A stretch of 64,000 bases of DNA from Pirellulales bacterium (GCA_025927475.1 JAICLL010000004.1:25288-89287); one strand, 5' to 3'. Positions 1 to 9,500 are shown, counted from the stretch's first letter. Notes: a model not told the origin generated them from the sequence alone. A program made the numbers and translations.

Positions 1-1415
1 ACCGCCGCCTGCTCGACCGCCGGATGGGTGAATAGGAATTCCTCCACCTCGCGAGGATACACGTTTTCGCCGCCGCGGATGACCATGTCTTTGATCCGCC
101 CGGTGATGCGGTAGCACCCGTTCGGCTGCCGCACCGCCACGTCGCCGGTGTGCAGCCAGCCGTCGGGCGTGATGGCGGCGGCGGTTGCCGCGGGGTTTTT
201 GTAATAGCCGAGCATCACGGCATGGCCGCGCATGCAAAGTTCGCCCGGCTGGTTGTCGCCCAGCGTTGTGCCCGTGCCAGCCTCGATGATGCTCACCTCC
301 AGCCCCGGCAGCGGACGGCCCACGGTCTCGACCCGCAATTGCAGCGGATCGTCGCAACGCGTCTGCGTGATCACCGGAGAGGCCTCGGTCTGGCCATAGG
401 CGATGGTGATCTCGCGCACCCCCATGCGATCGACCACCTCCTTCATCACCTCGATCGGGCAGGGGCTGCCCGACATGATGCCGGTTCGCAGCGAAGACAG
501 ATCGCGGCCGGCAAAGCTTTCGTGCTGCAACTGGGCGATGAACATGGTGGGTACGCCATAGATGGCGGTCGCCCGCTCGCGTTCGATCGCATCGAGCGTG
601 GCCAAGGGGTGAAAGGATTCGGCCGGCACAATCATGGCCGCGCCGTACACCGCGGCGCAGATGGTGCCCAGCACACAGCCGAAGCAATGATAAAACGGCA
701 CTGGAATGCAAATGCGGTCGTCCGGCCCGAACCGCTGGCAGTCGCCCACATAATAGGCGTTCAGCAAGAGATTGCGGTGGGCGAGCATGGCGGCCTTGGG
801 AAAGCCGGTGGTGCCCGACGTGTATTGAATGTTGATGGCGTCTGTGGCGGCCAGGGCAGCCTGGCAGTCGGCCGGCCCGGGCACCGACGACGACCTGCCG
901 CGGCGGCACATTTCGCTGAACGAGATCGCTCCGGCGGGCGGCTGGCCCTTCAAGGAAACGATCCACCGCAATTTGGGAAATTCGCACGACTGCAAATGGC
1001 CCGGCTCCGAGCGCGCCAACTCGGGGCAAACGTCGGCCAGCATCGCGAAGTAGTCGGAGCTTTTGAACCGGTCGACCAGAAACAACGCCACCGCGTCGCT
1101 TTGCTCCAGCACATAGCGCAGCTCGAACGGTCGATAGGCCGGATTGACGGTGACCAGCACGGCGCCGATGCGGGCAGTGGCGAATTGCAAGATCACCCAT
1201 TCCGGCACGTTGGTGGCCCACAGCGCGACATGGTCTCCCCGACCGATGCCCAGCGCCAATAAGCCCCGCGCGGCCTCGTCGACTCGGCGGTCGAAATCGC
1301 GGTAGTTCAGCTTCAGGCCGCTCTGCGGAAAAACGAGCGCATCGTGCTCGCCGTGCTCGGCGGCGGTGCGGCGAAGTACCTCTCCGATGGTGAGTCCGTC
1401 GACCCAGGGAATCAT
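1..1415 (-). CDS. AMP-dependent acyl-CoA synthetase/ligase (partial; C-terminus lies beyond the window start)
   Basis: Absent from the ORF track because it runs off the window edge. Reverse translation from the ATG at 1415-1413 reads MIPWVDGLTIGEVLRRTAAEHG. It contains the AMP-binding signature YTSGTTGFPK (about 800-830) and GWLHTGD...RIKDMVIRGGENVYPREVEE near 60-170. The listed + ORF 150..1262 is its antisense shadow. Confidence 0.9.
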   Translation of the reverse strand, partial: MIPWVDGLTIGEVLRRTAAEHGEHDALVFPQSGLKLNYRDFDRRVDEAARGLLALGIGRGDHVALWATNVPEWVILQFATARIGAVLVTVNPAYRPFELRYVLEQSDAVALFLVDRFKSSDYFAMLADVCPELARSEPGHLQSCEFPKLRWIVSLKGQPPAGAISFSEMCRRGRSSSVPGPADCQAALAATDAINIQYTSGTTGFPKAAMLAHRNLLLNAYYVGDCQRFGPDDRICIPVPFYHCFGCVLGTICAAVYGAAMIVPAESFHPLATLDAIERERATAIYGVPTMFIAQLQHESFAGRDLSSLRTGIMSGSPCPIEVMKEVVDRMGVREITIAYGQTEASPVITQTRCDDPLQLRVETVGRPLPGLEVSIIEAGTGTTLGDNQPGELCMRGHAVMLGYYKNPAATAAAITPDGWLHTGDVAVRQPNGCYRITGRIKDMVIRGGENVYPREVEEFLFTHPAVEQAA

Positions 1416-1417
1416 TA

Positions 1418-2560
1418 CTACTCGATTCGATCGAACAGCCCGACGGCGACCGGCACAAAAATCATCAGCGGCGCCCAAGCGGCCAGGGCCGGTTCGAGCA
1501 GCGAGATTTCGCCCAGGTACTGGCAGCCCAGCACTACCATCATAAACGCCGTGCAGACGATTCCGCAAAGCCCGATGGCCACAAAAACATTGCGGTTGGC
1601 GCCGCTCAGCACCAGCGGCAGGCCGAGAAACAGCAGCGTCAGGTCCAGCAGCGGCTGGACGACCCGGGCGTGAATGGCCACCCGCACGTCGGCCCCATAT
1701 TCGCCCGCCAGGCCAAGGCTGGGGTTCGACAGCCCGGCAATCAGTTGGGCCGTCGAAGAGAATTGCCGCCAGCTTCGCCCGCCGGTCAGTTGATCGAAAT
1801 TGATATTGCTGATCACAAAGCACTCGTCGCTTTGCAGCCAGGGGGCGTCGTGCGGCGTCATCACGACGGCCCGCCCGTCGAGCTTGAGCGAGGGCTTTTC
1901 CGTAAGCTGGCTGGGCCGCAGCACTTTTTTGAACAGGTAGCCGCCGGGGCGGTCGCCCTCGGGCGGACGATAATAAGCGTTTTCGGCGCCAAGCTGCTTG
2001 CCATATTGGTCGAGCGTTTCAGGCAGCACGAAGCTCGGCTGCTGGATGCGCTGCTCGTTGGCAAAGGTGTAAACGCCCTGCATCAGGATGCCGGTCTCAT
2101 TGTCGAACCGCGGCTTGAGTTCTTGCCCGGCCTCGCCGCCCAGGTTTTTCGGATCGCGATCGAGCTTCTTCGCAAGCTGAGGAATGATCAGCTCGCGGCC
2201 CAGGCAGGTGCCCAGGCTGATGGCGATGGCGGCGGCCACGATGGGCATGATGACGCGCGTCCGCGAGACGCCGGCGGCCGTCAGGGCCGTCAGTTCGTTG
2301 TGCCGCTGAATCCAGGTGACGGTGAACATGCCGGTGATCATGGTCAGCATGCTGCTCATCCGCTCGAACATGAAGATCGAGCGGTAGCCGTAGAACTCGG
2401 CCATCAGGCCGAACAGGCTGCCGTCTTTTTCGCTATAGCGCAGAAATTCGTCGAGATTGCTGAAGGCGTCGATCACCACATACAGCCCATCGAGGCTGAC
2501 AAAGCAGATGAAAAACACCTGCACGAACTGCCGCAGCAAATAGCGATCGATGATCCGCAT
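1418..2560 (-). CDS. LptF/LptG-family (YjgP/YjgQ) permease
   Basis: ORF 1418..2689. The family-typical N-terminus MRIIDRYLLRQFVQVFFICFVSL starts at internal Met44 (ATG 2560). There are multiple TM segments with a large periplasmic loop. The stop lies 2 nt from the start of the downstream acyl-CoA synthetase. Confidence 0.8.
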   Translation of the reverse strand: MRIIDRYLLRQFVQVFFICFVSLDGLYVVIDAFSNLDEFLRYSEKDGSLFGLMAEFYGYRSIFMFERMSSMLTMITGMFTVTWIQRHNELTALTAAGVSRTRVIMPIVAAAIAISLGTCLGRELIIPQLAKKLDRDPKNLGGEAGQELKPRFDNETGILMQGVYTFANEQRIQQPSFVLPETLDQYGKQLGAENAYYRPPEGDRPGGYLFKKVLRPSQLTEKPSLKLDGRAVVMTPHDAPWLQSDECFVISNINFDQLTGGRSWRQFSSTAQLIAGLSNPSLGLAGEYGADVRVAIHARVVQPLLDLTLLFLGLPLVLSGANRNVFVAIGLCGIVCTAFMMVVLGCQYLGEISLLEPALAAWAPLMIFVPVAVGLFDRIE

Positions 2561-2613
2561 GGCGGCGGCAGGATACGGCAAAAAGGCATTTCGGGTCAAC
2601 GCGGAAAGTTGGT

Positions 2614-5600
2614 ATGTTAGAATGGATGCTGTTCGGCGATTCTCGAGAAAAGGCATGGTGCACGACTGGACTCGCGTCGAGGCGGGCATTTTTCATGGTT
2701 TCCACCACATATGGATTGCCGAGATCCAGCGGGCAGCATTCGATTCGGCCTCGCGCCGCGGAGCACGGAACGCCACAGAGGGCGTTCCCTACAGACGTCG
2801 GACCGGTCACCAGCGCTCTTGAGGACCAAAACCGATCGGTTCGTTTAGGCCTCGTGATGTTCGTCGCGGTGGCGCTTTGCCACTTTGCGAATGTGCTGGC
2901 AGAAGAAGAACGCCTGCCCCGCGTTCCGCCGCGAGGACCGGCCGAGGCGCTCAAAACCTTCGAAACGCTCGACGGTTTCCGCATGGAACTGCTGGCCGCC
3001 GAGCCGCTGGTGACCGATCCGGTGACGATGGTTTATGACGAAAATGGCCTGGCCTACGTCGCCGAAATGTTGGACTATCCGTATACGGATAAGTCGAGCG
3101 ATCAGCCGTTCGTCGAGCGCACCAGCGACCTGCCGCTGGGCCGCGTGCGCGTGCTGGAAGACACCGATGGCGACGGCGATTTTGATCGCGGCACCGTCTT
3201 TGCCGACGAGCTTTCGTGGCCCACCGGCCTGGCGCTGTGGAAGGGCGGCTTGTTTGTGGCCGCCACGCCCGACGTGTGGTATCTCAAAGATACCGATGGC
3301 GATCACCGTGCTGATGTGCGGCGGAAAATCTTCAGCGGCTTTCGCAAATTCAATGTGCAGGCGGTAATGAACAACCTGGCCTGGGGACTCGACCATCGTA
3401 TCTATGGAGCGGGTTCGAGCAATGGCGGGCAGATTCGCCCGGCCGAGCGGCCCGACGCCCGAGTGTGGACGCTGGGCCGCAACGATTTTCGCTTCGATCC
3501 GCGCGATGAGAGCTTCGAGTTGCTGTCGGGCGGGGCGAGGTTCGGCAATACGTTTGACGACTGGGGCAACCGGTTTGTGTGCAACATCCGCAATCCGGTG
3601 CAGCACGTGGTGCTGCCCGCCCGCTACCTGGCTCGCAATCCCTATCTGTCGGTGGCGGCGGCGGTACACGATGCCGCGGCGGCGGGCGACACGCTGCCGG
3701 TGTATCGCATCAGTCCGCCCGAAGCGTGGCGGGCGGTCCGGGCCGCGCGCCTCATCGCCGAAGCCAATCCCGCCACGCCCCGCAGCGAGACCGCGGCCGA
3801 AGGCTATTTCACCTCTTCCAGCGGCATCACCATCTATCGGGGCGCGGCTTACCCGGCCAGGTATTATGGCAACGCCTTTCTGGGCGAGGTGGCCGGCAAC
3901 CTGGTGCATCGGCAAGTGCTTTCGCCCGACGGCGTCACGTTCCGCGCCGAGCGGGGCGATGCAAAGACCGAGTTCGTGCGTTCGACCGACAATTGGTTTC
4001 GCCCGGTCAATTATGTAAACGCGCCCGACGGCACGCTGCACGTGCTCGACATGTATCGCGAGACGATCGAGCATCCCTGGTCGATTCCCGACGACATCAA
4101 GGCCCAACTCGATCTGGAAAGCGGTCGCGATCGCGGACGGATTTATCGGCTGGCTCCGCCGGGCTTTGGACCGCCGCCCGCCCCGCCGCGACTGGGCGAA
4201 GCTAGCGTCGCCGAACTGGTCGCTCAACTCGAAAACCCCAACGCCTGGTGGCGCGAGACGGCGCACCGGCTGTTGTTCGAGCGGCAAAGTCCGGCGGCGG
4301 TGGCTCCGCTGCGCAGGCTGCTGGCCGAAAGCCGCCATCCGCTGGCGCGGCTGCACGCCCTTTGGTCGCTCGAAGGATTGGAAGCGCTGAGCGAGGGCGA
4401 TTTGTTGCTGGCTTTGAGAGACAAGTCGCCGTGCATGCGCGAGCATGCGGTGCGGCTGGCTGAACGGCGGTTGACCGCGTCGCAGGAACTTGCCGAGCAC
4501 GTGATGGCGCTGGCTGCCGATGAGGCCGTTCGCGTGCGCTTTCAAGTGGCGTTTAGCTTGGGAGAATTGCTTGGCGCGCCGGCGGGTGCGGAGCAGCCGA
4601 ACAGCCGCCTGCGTGGCGATGCGCTTGCGGCGCTGGCTGGCATCGCCCGGCGCGACGCGACCGATGCGTGGGTCCGCACCGCGGTGCTTAGCTCGGTCAG
4701 CGAAGCGGCCCCGGCATTGCTGGCACATCTGTTGGCCGATCGGCAGTTCGTTGCGGGCGCCGAAGCGGCCAGGCTTTTGCAAGACCTGGCCGCGATCATC
4801 GGCGCCCGCCATCGTGCGGCTGAGCTGGCCGAGGCGCTTCGGGCTATCGCCGCGGTTGACGAACAGGGCGACGCCGATGCGCAGGCCGGTCTGCTCATCG
4901 GTTTGGCAGCAGGGCTGAGACGGGCCGGCGCTCTGAAATCGGGCGGCCTCTTGGCAAGCGATCTGATTGCCGCCGGTTCGCCCACTGCCCGGCTCATTGC
5001 GCGGCAGACCGAACGCGCACAGGCGCTGCTGGCCGACGGCGAAGCTCCGCTCGATCGCCGCTTGCAGGCCATCGACCTGCTAGCTATCTCCGGCTACGGC
5101 CAGGCATCGCCCTCGCTGGCCGGTTTGCTTTCGCCGCGCGAGCCACAAGAGGTTCAACGCCAGGCCGTGCGCATATTGTCGGGCTACAGCGAGCCGGCGG
5201 TCGCCGTGTTGCTGCTGCGGAATTATGCCGCGCTGACGCCCGGCGTGCGTGGTGAAATCATCATCGCGCTCTTGGCCCGCCGCGAACGACTGGCGGCTTT
5301 GCTCGATGCCTTGGAAGATCGGCGCCTCAACGCGGCAGACATTCCCGCCGCCCGGCGAAAGCTGCTGCTCGAACACGCCGATCCAAACCTACGCCGGCGG
5401 GCCGCGGCTTTGCTGTCGCAAGACGCGCCGACTCCTCGGCGGCAGGTGCTGGACGATTACCGATCGGCTCTCAGTCTGCTCGGCGACCGTCCGCGCGGCC
5501 AGCGCGTGTTTCAGCGCGAGTGCCAAACGTGCCATCGGCTGGGCGAAAGCGGGCACGACGTCGGACCCAGCTTGCTCACCATCAAGCATCGCACGCGCGA

Positions 5601-5883
5601 GGAAGTGCTGACGCACGTTCTCGATCCCAATCGCGAGGTGGCTCCCAATTTTCAAGAGTACGTGGTGGCGCTCGACGACGGGCGGGTGATCGCGGGCATC
5701 ATCGCCGACGAAACCGCCACCAGCGTCACGCTGCGCCGGGCGGAGCGCATCGACGAGACGATTCTCCGCCGCAACATCGACGAAATGTCGAGCACCGGGC
5801 ACTCCTTGATGCCCGAGGGTCTGGAGAAGAAAATCAATCATCAAGAGATGGCCGATTTGCTGGAGTATCTGTTGGGGAAGTAG
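2614..5883 (+). CDS. PVC-type membrane-bound dehydrogenase-like protein with HEAT repeats and a C-terminal cytochrome c domain
   Basis: 1089-aa ORF. Hydrophobic segment VMFVAVALCHFANVLA. Propeller-like motifs DENGLAYVAEMLDYPY, LEDTDGDGDFD and LKDTDGDHRAD. HEAT-like NAWWRETAHRLLFERQ and HPLARLHALWSLEGL. C-terminal CQTCH haem motif followed by LMPEGL. The true start is uncertain because the signal-like segment begins about residue 75. Confidence 0.85.
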   Translation: MLEWMLFGDSREKAWCTTGLASRRAFFMVSTTYGLPRSSGQHSIRPRAAEHGTPQRAFPTDVGPVTSALEDQNRSVRLGLVMFVAVALCHFANVLAEEERLPRVPPRGPAEALKTFETLDGFRMELLAAEPLVTDPVTMVYDENGLAYVAEMLDYPYTDKSSDQPFVERTSDLPLGRVRVLEDTDGDGDFDRGTVFADELSWPTGLALWKGGLFVAATPDVWYLKDTDGDHRADVRRKIFSGFRKFNVQAVMNNLAWGLDHRIYGAGSSNGGQIRPAERPDARVWTLGRNDFRFDPRDESFELLSGGARFGNTFDDWGNRFVCNIRNPVQHVVLPARYLARNPYLSVAAAVHDAAAAGDTLPVYRISPPEAWRAVRAARLIAEANPATPRSETAAEGYFTSSSGITIYRGAAYPARYYGNAFLGEVAGNLVHRQVLSPDGVTFRAERGDAKTEFVRSTDNWFRPVNYVNAPDGTLHVLDMYRETIEHPWSIPDDIKAQLDLESGRDRGRIYRLAPPGFGPPPAPPRLGEASVAELVAQLENPNAWWRETAHRLLFERQSPAAVAPLRRLLAESRHPLARLHALWSLEGLEALSEGDLLLALRDKSPCMREHAVRLAERRLTASQELAEHVMALAADEAVRVRFQVAFSLGELLGAPAGAEQPNSRLRGDALAALAGIARRDATDAWVRTAVLSSVSEAAPALLAHLLADRQFVAGAEAARLLQDLAAIIGARHRAAELAEALRAIAAVDEQGDADAQAGLLIGLAAGLRRAGALKSGGLLASDLIAAGSPTARLIARQTERAQALLADGEAPLDRRLQAIDLLAISGYGQASPSLAGLLSPREPQEVQRQAVRILSGYSEPAVAVLLLRNYAALTPGVRGEIIIALLARRERLAALLDALEDRRLNAADIPAARRKLLLEHADPNLRRRAAALLSQDAPTPRRQVLDDYRSALSLLGDRPRGQRVFQRECQTCHRLGESGHDVGPSLLTIKHRTREEVLTHVLDPNREVAPNFQEYVVALDDGRVIAGIIADETATSVTLRRAERIDETILRRNIDEMSSTGHSLMPEGLEKKINHQEMADLLEYLLGK

Positions 5884-5887
5884 ACTT

Positions 5888-5918
5888 GTAGGGCGGGCCG
5901 AGCGGAGCGAATCCCACC
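5888..5918 (-). repeat. REP-like family 1 unit (GTAGGGCGGGCCGAGCGGAGCGAATCCCACC)
   Basis: Lies 5 nt after the stop of the upstream gene. It is the reverse orientation of the consensus GGTGGGACTCGCTGCGCTCGGCCCACCCTAC seen at least 10 times in the window. GGTGGG/CCCACC form a stem. Confidence 0.8.
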
Positions 5919-6032
5919 TGTTATTTCGTTCAATATTTCCGGTCGTTGAGCGAAAACCATCAGGACGGCCTACGGCGGAGCACTTACCGCACGCAGTGGC
6001 TCTTTGGAAATCTCAGAGGGAGAACGCAACGA

Positions 6033-6551
6033 ATGGCAAAAGCCGGCATATTTATCATCGCGGGAATCGCTTTCGCTTTGGGATGCGGCGAGGGCGGCGG
6101 CGCGAAAAAAGCGGGTCAGAAAATGGGCGAGACATTTACGGACTTCGCCAGCGGCGTTGGCAAAGGCATTGATAAGCAAATGGAAGTATCGGTCGAAATT
6201 TCCGACACGTTGACCGATTTAGGCATTCGCAAGACGGTTTCCAAGAGCGCTGCGCTCGACCGCGGGCAAAAGAAAGCCATCACCGTCTACCTCATCGCTA
6301 GTAAACCGGTGAACCTCAGTCTAACGGCGAAAGCGCAAAACGAAGCAGGCGACGAAATCGGCCGTTCAAAAGTTACCGCCCGGTTTGCTGCGGACGACGC
6401 GAAGTACGTCACGTTCACTTTCGACCCAGAGATGGACACGCAACTTGTCCATACATATTTCATTGACGGTAAGGAAGCCGCCAGGGGTGACGCTGTGGAA
6501 ACTGGGAGTCCAGCGTCACCGGAAGAACTGCAAAGGCAGGCGATTGATTAA
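6033..6551 (+). CDS. small lipoprotein, function unknown
   Basis: Internal ATG of ORF 5946..6551, preceded by GAGGGAGAA about 10 nt upstream. The N-terminus MAKAGIFIIAGIAFALGCGEGGG has a lipobox-like LGC. I recognise no family motif. Confidence 0.6.
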   Translation: MAKAGIFIIAGIAFALGCGEGGGAKKAGQKMGETFTDFASGVGKGIDKQMEVSVEISDTLTDLGIRKTVSKSAALDRGQKKAITVYLIASKPVNLSLTAKAQNEAGDEIGRSKVTARFAADDAKYVTFTFDPEMDTQLVHTYFIDGKEAARGDAVETGSPASPEELQRQAID

Positions 6552-6556
6552 GGGCC

Positions 6557-6654
6557 ATAGGGCCGGCCGGAGCGAATCCCACTGTTCGCTTGGCGCGGCC
6601 ATTCAACGTTCTATGCGGCGGAAGGTGGGACTCGCTCCGCTCGGCCCACCCTAC
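6557..6654. repeat. inverted pair of REP-like family 1 units (6557-6582 reverse, 6624-6654 forward)
   Basis: ATAGGGCCGGCCGGAGCGAATCCCAC and GGTGGGACTCGCTCCGCTCGGCCCACCCTAC are near reverse complements separated by about 40 nt. The pair lies just downstream of the lipoprotein stop. Confidence 0.8.
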
Positions 6655-6677
6655 AGGCTCGTACCGACCAATATCTG

Positions 6678-6716
6678 CTATTCCCTATTCCCTATTCCCT
6701 ATCCCTATCCCTACCC
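6678..6716. repeat. heptamer/hexamer microsatellite (CTATTCC)3(CTATCC)2CTACCC abutting the ATG at 6717
   Basis: Read directly from the sequence. It contains six CCC tracts on the + strand, i.e. six GGG tracts with 2-4 nt loops on the - strand. Confidence 0.95.
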
Positions 6717-7505
6717 ATGCCACGCATCTGGGACCTGCACTGTCACCTGTCGGCCAGCCCGGGCCGCACGCCGGCCGAGCGAATGGCCGAGCTGATGCGC
6801 TACGCCGATCGCATGGGCATCGAGCGAGCCTGCGTGTTCATGGGCTGGCCGCTCACCCAGCATCCCTCGCCCGAGCGGCTGCGCGAAGAGAACGACCAGG
6901 TGCTCGAAGCGCTCGAACATTGGCACGACCGCGCGTTCGGTTTTTGTTACGTGAGCGGCGAGCATGTTGAGGCCAGCGTGCGCGAGGTCGATCGCTTCGT
7001 GCGCGACGGGCCGATGGTCGGCATCAAGCTCTGGGTGGCCCGGCGGTGCAGCGATCCGCAGCTTGACCCCCTCATCCGCCGCGCGGCGGAACTCAAGGCC
7101 GTCATCTTCCAACATACCTGGCTCAAGACCGACGGCGGCAACCTGCCGGGCGAATCGACTCCGCAAGACCTGGTGGCGTTGGCCGGGCGTCATCCGGGCG
7201 TGCCGCTGATCTGCGGCCACACCGGCGGCACGTGGGAACTCGGCATTCGCGCGGTCCGCCCGATGAAACAGATCCTGGTTGACCTGGCCGGGTCCGATCC
7301 CACCGCGGGCTTCGTCGAAATGGCCGTGCGCGAACTGGGCGCCGAGCGAGTGCTGTATGGCAGCGACGTCGGCGGGCGCAGCTTCGCCAGCCAAGTTGGC
7401 AAAGTGCTGGGCGCTGAAATCTCCGAGTCCGACAAGAACCTGATTTTGGGCGGCAATCTGCGGCGGCTGATGGCGCCCATTCTCCGCAAGAAAGGCGTTC
7501 CATGA
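6717..7505 (+). CDS. metal-dependent amidohydrolase (TIM-barrel, amidohydrolase-2-like)
   Basis: 262-aa ORF. The N-terminal WDLHCHL metal-binding motif, an internal ICGHTGG and the LYGSDVGG acid motif are typical of the family. Confidence 0.75.
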   Translation: MPRIWDLHCHLSASPGRTPAERMAELMRYADRMGIERACVFMGWPLTQHPSPERLREENDQVLEALEHWHDRAFGFCYVSGEHVEASVREVDRFVRDGPMVGIKLWVARRCSDPQLDPLIRRAAELKAVIFQHTWLKTDGGNLPGESTPQDLVALAGRHPGVPLICGHTGGTWELGIRAVRPMKQILVDLAGSDPTAGFVEMAVRELGAERVLYGSDVGGRSFASQVGKVLGAEISESDKNLILGGNLRRLMAPILRKKGVP

Positions 7506-7774
7506 ACATTCGCTGTCCTCATTGCCATCAGCCGGTCGAGCTGCTTGAGAACGCCGCGTTGGAAGACATCGACTGCCCGTCGTGCGGCAGCCATTTCAGT
7601 TTGCTGGGCGACCACACCGCCAGCTATCACGGCGAACAAGCGCGTACTCTGGGGCATTTCGAGTTGATCGATCGGCTGGGCGTGGGGCAGTTCGGCGCCG
7701 TCTGGATGGCGCGCGACACCGAGCTGGACCGCACCGTGGCGGTAAGCGTGGCGAGACGCTTACGCTGGCGATAA
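7502..7774 (+). pseudogene. N-terminal stub of a zinc-ribbon Ser/Thr protein kinase
   Basis: 90 aa: CPHC...CPSC zinc ribbon, then the kinase subdomain I Gly-loop LGVGQFGAVWMA and DRTVAV. It ends where the catalytic VAxK lysine should follow (VAVSVARRLRWR stop). ATGA overlap with the upstream gene. An 8-bp hairpin (7742-7763) sits at the truncation point. Confidence 0.7.
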
Positions 7775-7802
7775 AATGGGTTGACGCACTCCGGCCCGCA
7801 GC

Positions 7803-9320
7803 ATGTTCGACCTCGACGAAACAATTGTCGCCATCGCTTCGCCGCCCGGCGGGGCGGCGCGGGGAATGGTGCGCGTCAGCGGGCCGAACATGCTGGCCAT
7901 CATTGAAGGTTTGTTTTCCGCCGACGTACCGTGCGACTTAGAGGAAATCTGCCTGCCGACCGCGATTGCCGGGCGTTTAACCCTGCGCGGCGTTTTCTCG
8001 CCCCTGCCTTGCCGGCTGCATCTGTGGCCTTCGTCGCGCAGCTACACGCGGCAGCCGACCGCCGAACTGCACACGCTCGGCTCGCCCCCGCTGCTGCACG
8101 CGGTGGTTGATGGGGTGTGCCAGGCCGGGGCGCGGCCCGCGCGGCCCGGCGAGTTTACGCTGCGGGCGTTTCTGGCCGGCCGGCTCGACCTGACGCAAGC
8201 CGAAGCCGTGCTGGGCGTCATCGATGCGCGCGGGCCGCAGCAGCTTGCCGCCGCGCTGGCTCAGCTTGCCGGCGGCCTGGCCGCGCCCTTGACCCGGCTG
8301 CGCGATGAACTGCTTGATTCGCTCGCCCATCTGGAAGCCGGGCTCGATTTTGTCGACGAAAACATTGAGTTCATCTCGCTTGCCGACCTCACCGGCCAGT
8401 TGCAGGCCGCGCAGAGCGAGATCGACCGGCTTGCCGCCCAAATGGAGTCGCGGGCCGAAACCCGCGACGCCATCCGCGCGGTCCTCATCGGCGCGGCGAA
8501 TGTCGGCAAAACGTCGCTCTACAACGCCTTGACCGGGCAGACCGCGCTCGTCTCGCCGCAGGCCGGCACCACGCGCGATTATCTGCGCGCCTGGCTCGAT
8601 CTTGACGGCGTTGTGTGCGAACTGATCGATACCGCCGGCCTGATCTCGCAACCAACGCCAGCAATCCCGGCCCTGGTGGCCGGTCTCGGCGATGCCGCAA
8701 CCGCGGTAGCCCCGGCCCTGGTGACCGGCGCCGGCGCGGCGATCGATTCCGCCGCGCAACAAGCCGCCGCGGTTGTCCGAGACCGCGCCGACATCGAAAT
8801 TCTTTGCCTCGATGCAACGCGGCCCTTGAACGCCTGGGAACAATTCGCCCTCAGCCGGCCTGCCAACGGTGACACACACTCGCTCCCCGTGGAAGCGCGT
8901 CCTTCCGCCGAGCGAAAGACGAGTTTGTGCCCACGTATCGTGGTGCTCACCAAACTCGACCAACCGCAGATCGGCGCTTCCCCCCGTGTCGAACTCCCGG
9001 TCGATGCAGCCGATGCCATCGAAACCAGCAGCATTTCGGGCGTGGGTCTCGAGCGGTTGCGTGCGCGGTTGCGAGAGATTGCCGTGGCTGAAGATTCCGC
9101 CCATGCGTCAACCGGCACGGCGGCCCGCTGCCGCGACAGTCTGCGCCAGGCCGCGGCGGCTTTGGCACACGCCCGCCAGTTGGCCGTTTCGCGGCAGGGC
9201 GAAGAACTGGTGGCGGCCGAGTTGCGGCTGGCGCTCGACGCGCTGGGGCAGGTGGTCGGCGCCGTATACACCGACGACGTGCTCGACCGCATCTTCAGCC
9301 GGTTTTGTATCGGAAAATAG
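7803..9320 (+). CDS. mnmE: tRNA modification GTPase MnmE
   Basis: N-terminal DETIVAIASPPGGAARGMVRVSG. G-domain motifs GAANVGKTSLYNAL, DTAG and TKLD. Hallmark C-terminal FCIGK. The G domain carries a long Ala/Pro-rich insertion. Confidence 0.9.
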   Translation: MFDLDETIVAIASPPGGAARGMVRVSGPNMLAIIEGLFSADVPCDLEEICLPTAIAGRLTLRGVFSPLPCRLHLWPSSRSYTRQPTAELHTLGSPPLLHAVVDGVCQAGARPARPGEFTLRAFLAGRLDLTQAEAVLGVIDARGPQQLAAALAQLAGGLAAPLTRLRDELLDSLAHLEAGLDFVDENIEFISLADLTGQLQAAQSEIDRLAAQMESRAETRDAIRAVLIGAANVGKTSLYNALTGQTALVSPQAGTTRDYLRAWLDLDGVVCELIDTAGLISQPTPAIPALVAGLGDAATAVAPALVTGAGAAIDSAAQQAAAVVRDRADIEILCLDATRPLNAWEQFALSRPANGDTHSLPVEARPSAERKTSLCPRIVVLTKLDQPQIGASPRVELPVDAADAIETSSISGVGLERLRARLREIAVAEDSAHASTGTAARCRDSLRQAAAALAHARQLAVSRQGEELVAAELRLALDALGQVVGAVYTDDVLDRIFSRFCIGK

Positions 9321-9393
9321 GGGCGTTGTCGCCGTCACCCGGCTAGCGCCGCAGCCTGTGGTTTGCCAACCGACGTGCCGTGATGGACGGTAC

Positions 9394-9466
9394 TACCCGC
9401 ACGGGGATTTGAACCCCGGTTACTGGGCTGAGAACCCAGCGTCCTAGGCCACTAGACGATGCGGGC
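9394..9466 (-). tRNA. tRNA-Glu (anticodon CUC), no encoded CCA
   Basis: Reverse strand: GCCCGCA TC GTCT AGTGGCCTA GGAC G CTGGG TTCTCAG CCCAG TAAC CGGGG TTCAAAT CCCCG TGCGGGT A. This gives a complete cloverleaf. The D-arm and variable region resemble bacterial tRNA-Glu. As drawn, pair 1:72 is G:U. Confidence 0.9.
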
Positions 9467-9500
9467 GAGAACCGTAATTTGCCCGACGCTGGGCGGGCTG

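Noticed and set aside
150-1262. 370-aa + strand ORF, and many similar long ORFs elsewhere (2845..4812 -, 9459..10706 +, 23171..24319 -, 24396..25550 +, 25765..26913 +, 33534..34445 -, 50653..52113 -, 56080..57372 -, 57541..58668 -, 61216..62124 -)
   Set aside because: Each lies antisense to or out of frame with a gene that carries clear family motifs. Their translations are Arg/Gly/Ala/Pro-rich with no motifs, which is typical of shadow ORFs in high-G+C DNA.
6678-6716. Heptamer arrays (here and at 33857-33884) as telomere-like repeats
   Set aside because: They are only 4-6 units long, internal to a gene-dense region, and abut start or stop codons. They are interpreted as microsatellite/G4 motifs instead.
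9394-9466. G1:U72 wobble at the top of the tRNA-Glu acceptor stem as an unusual identity element
   Set aside because: It is a single wobble pair inferred by hand folding. I cannot exclude a boundary mis-assignment or a sequence error without a tRNA-scanning program, so it is not reported as a finding.
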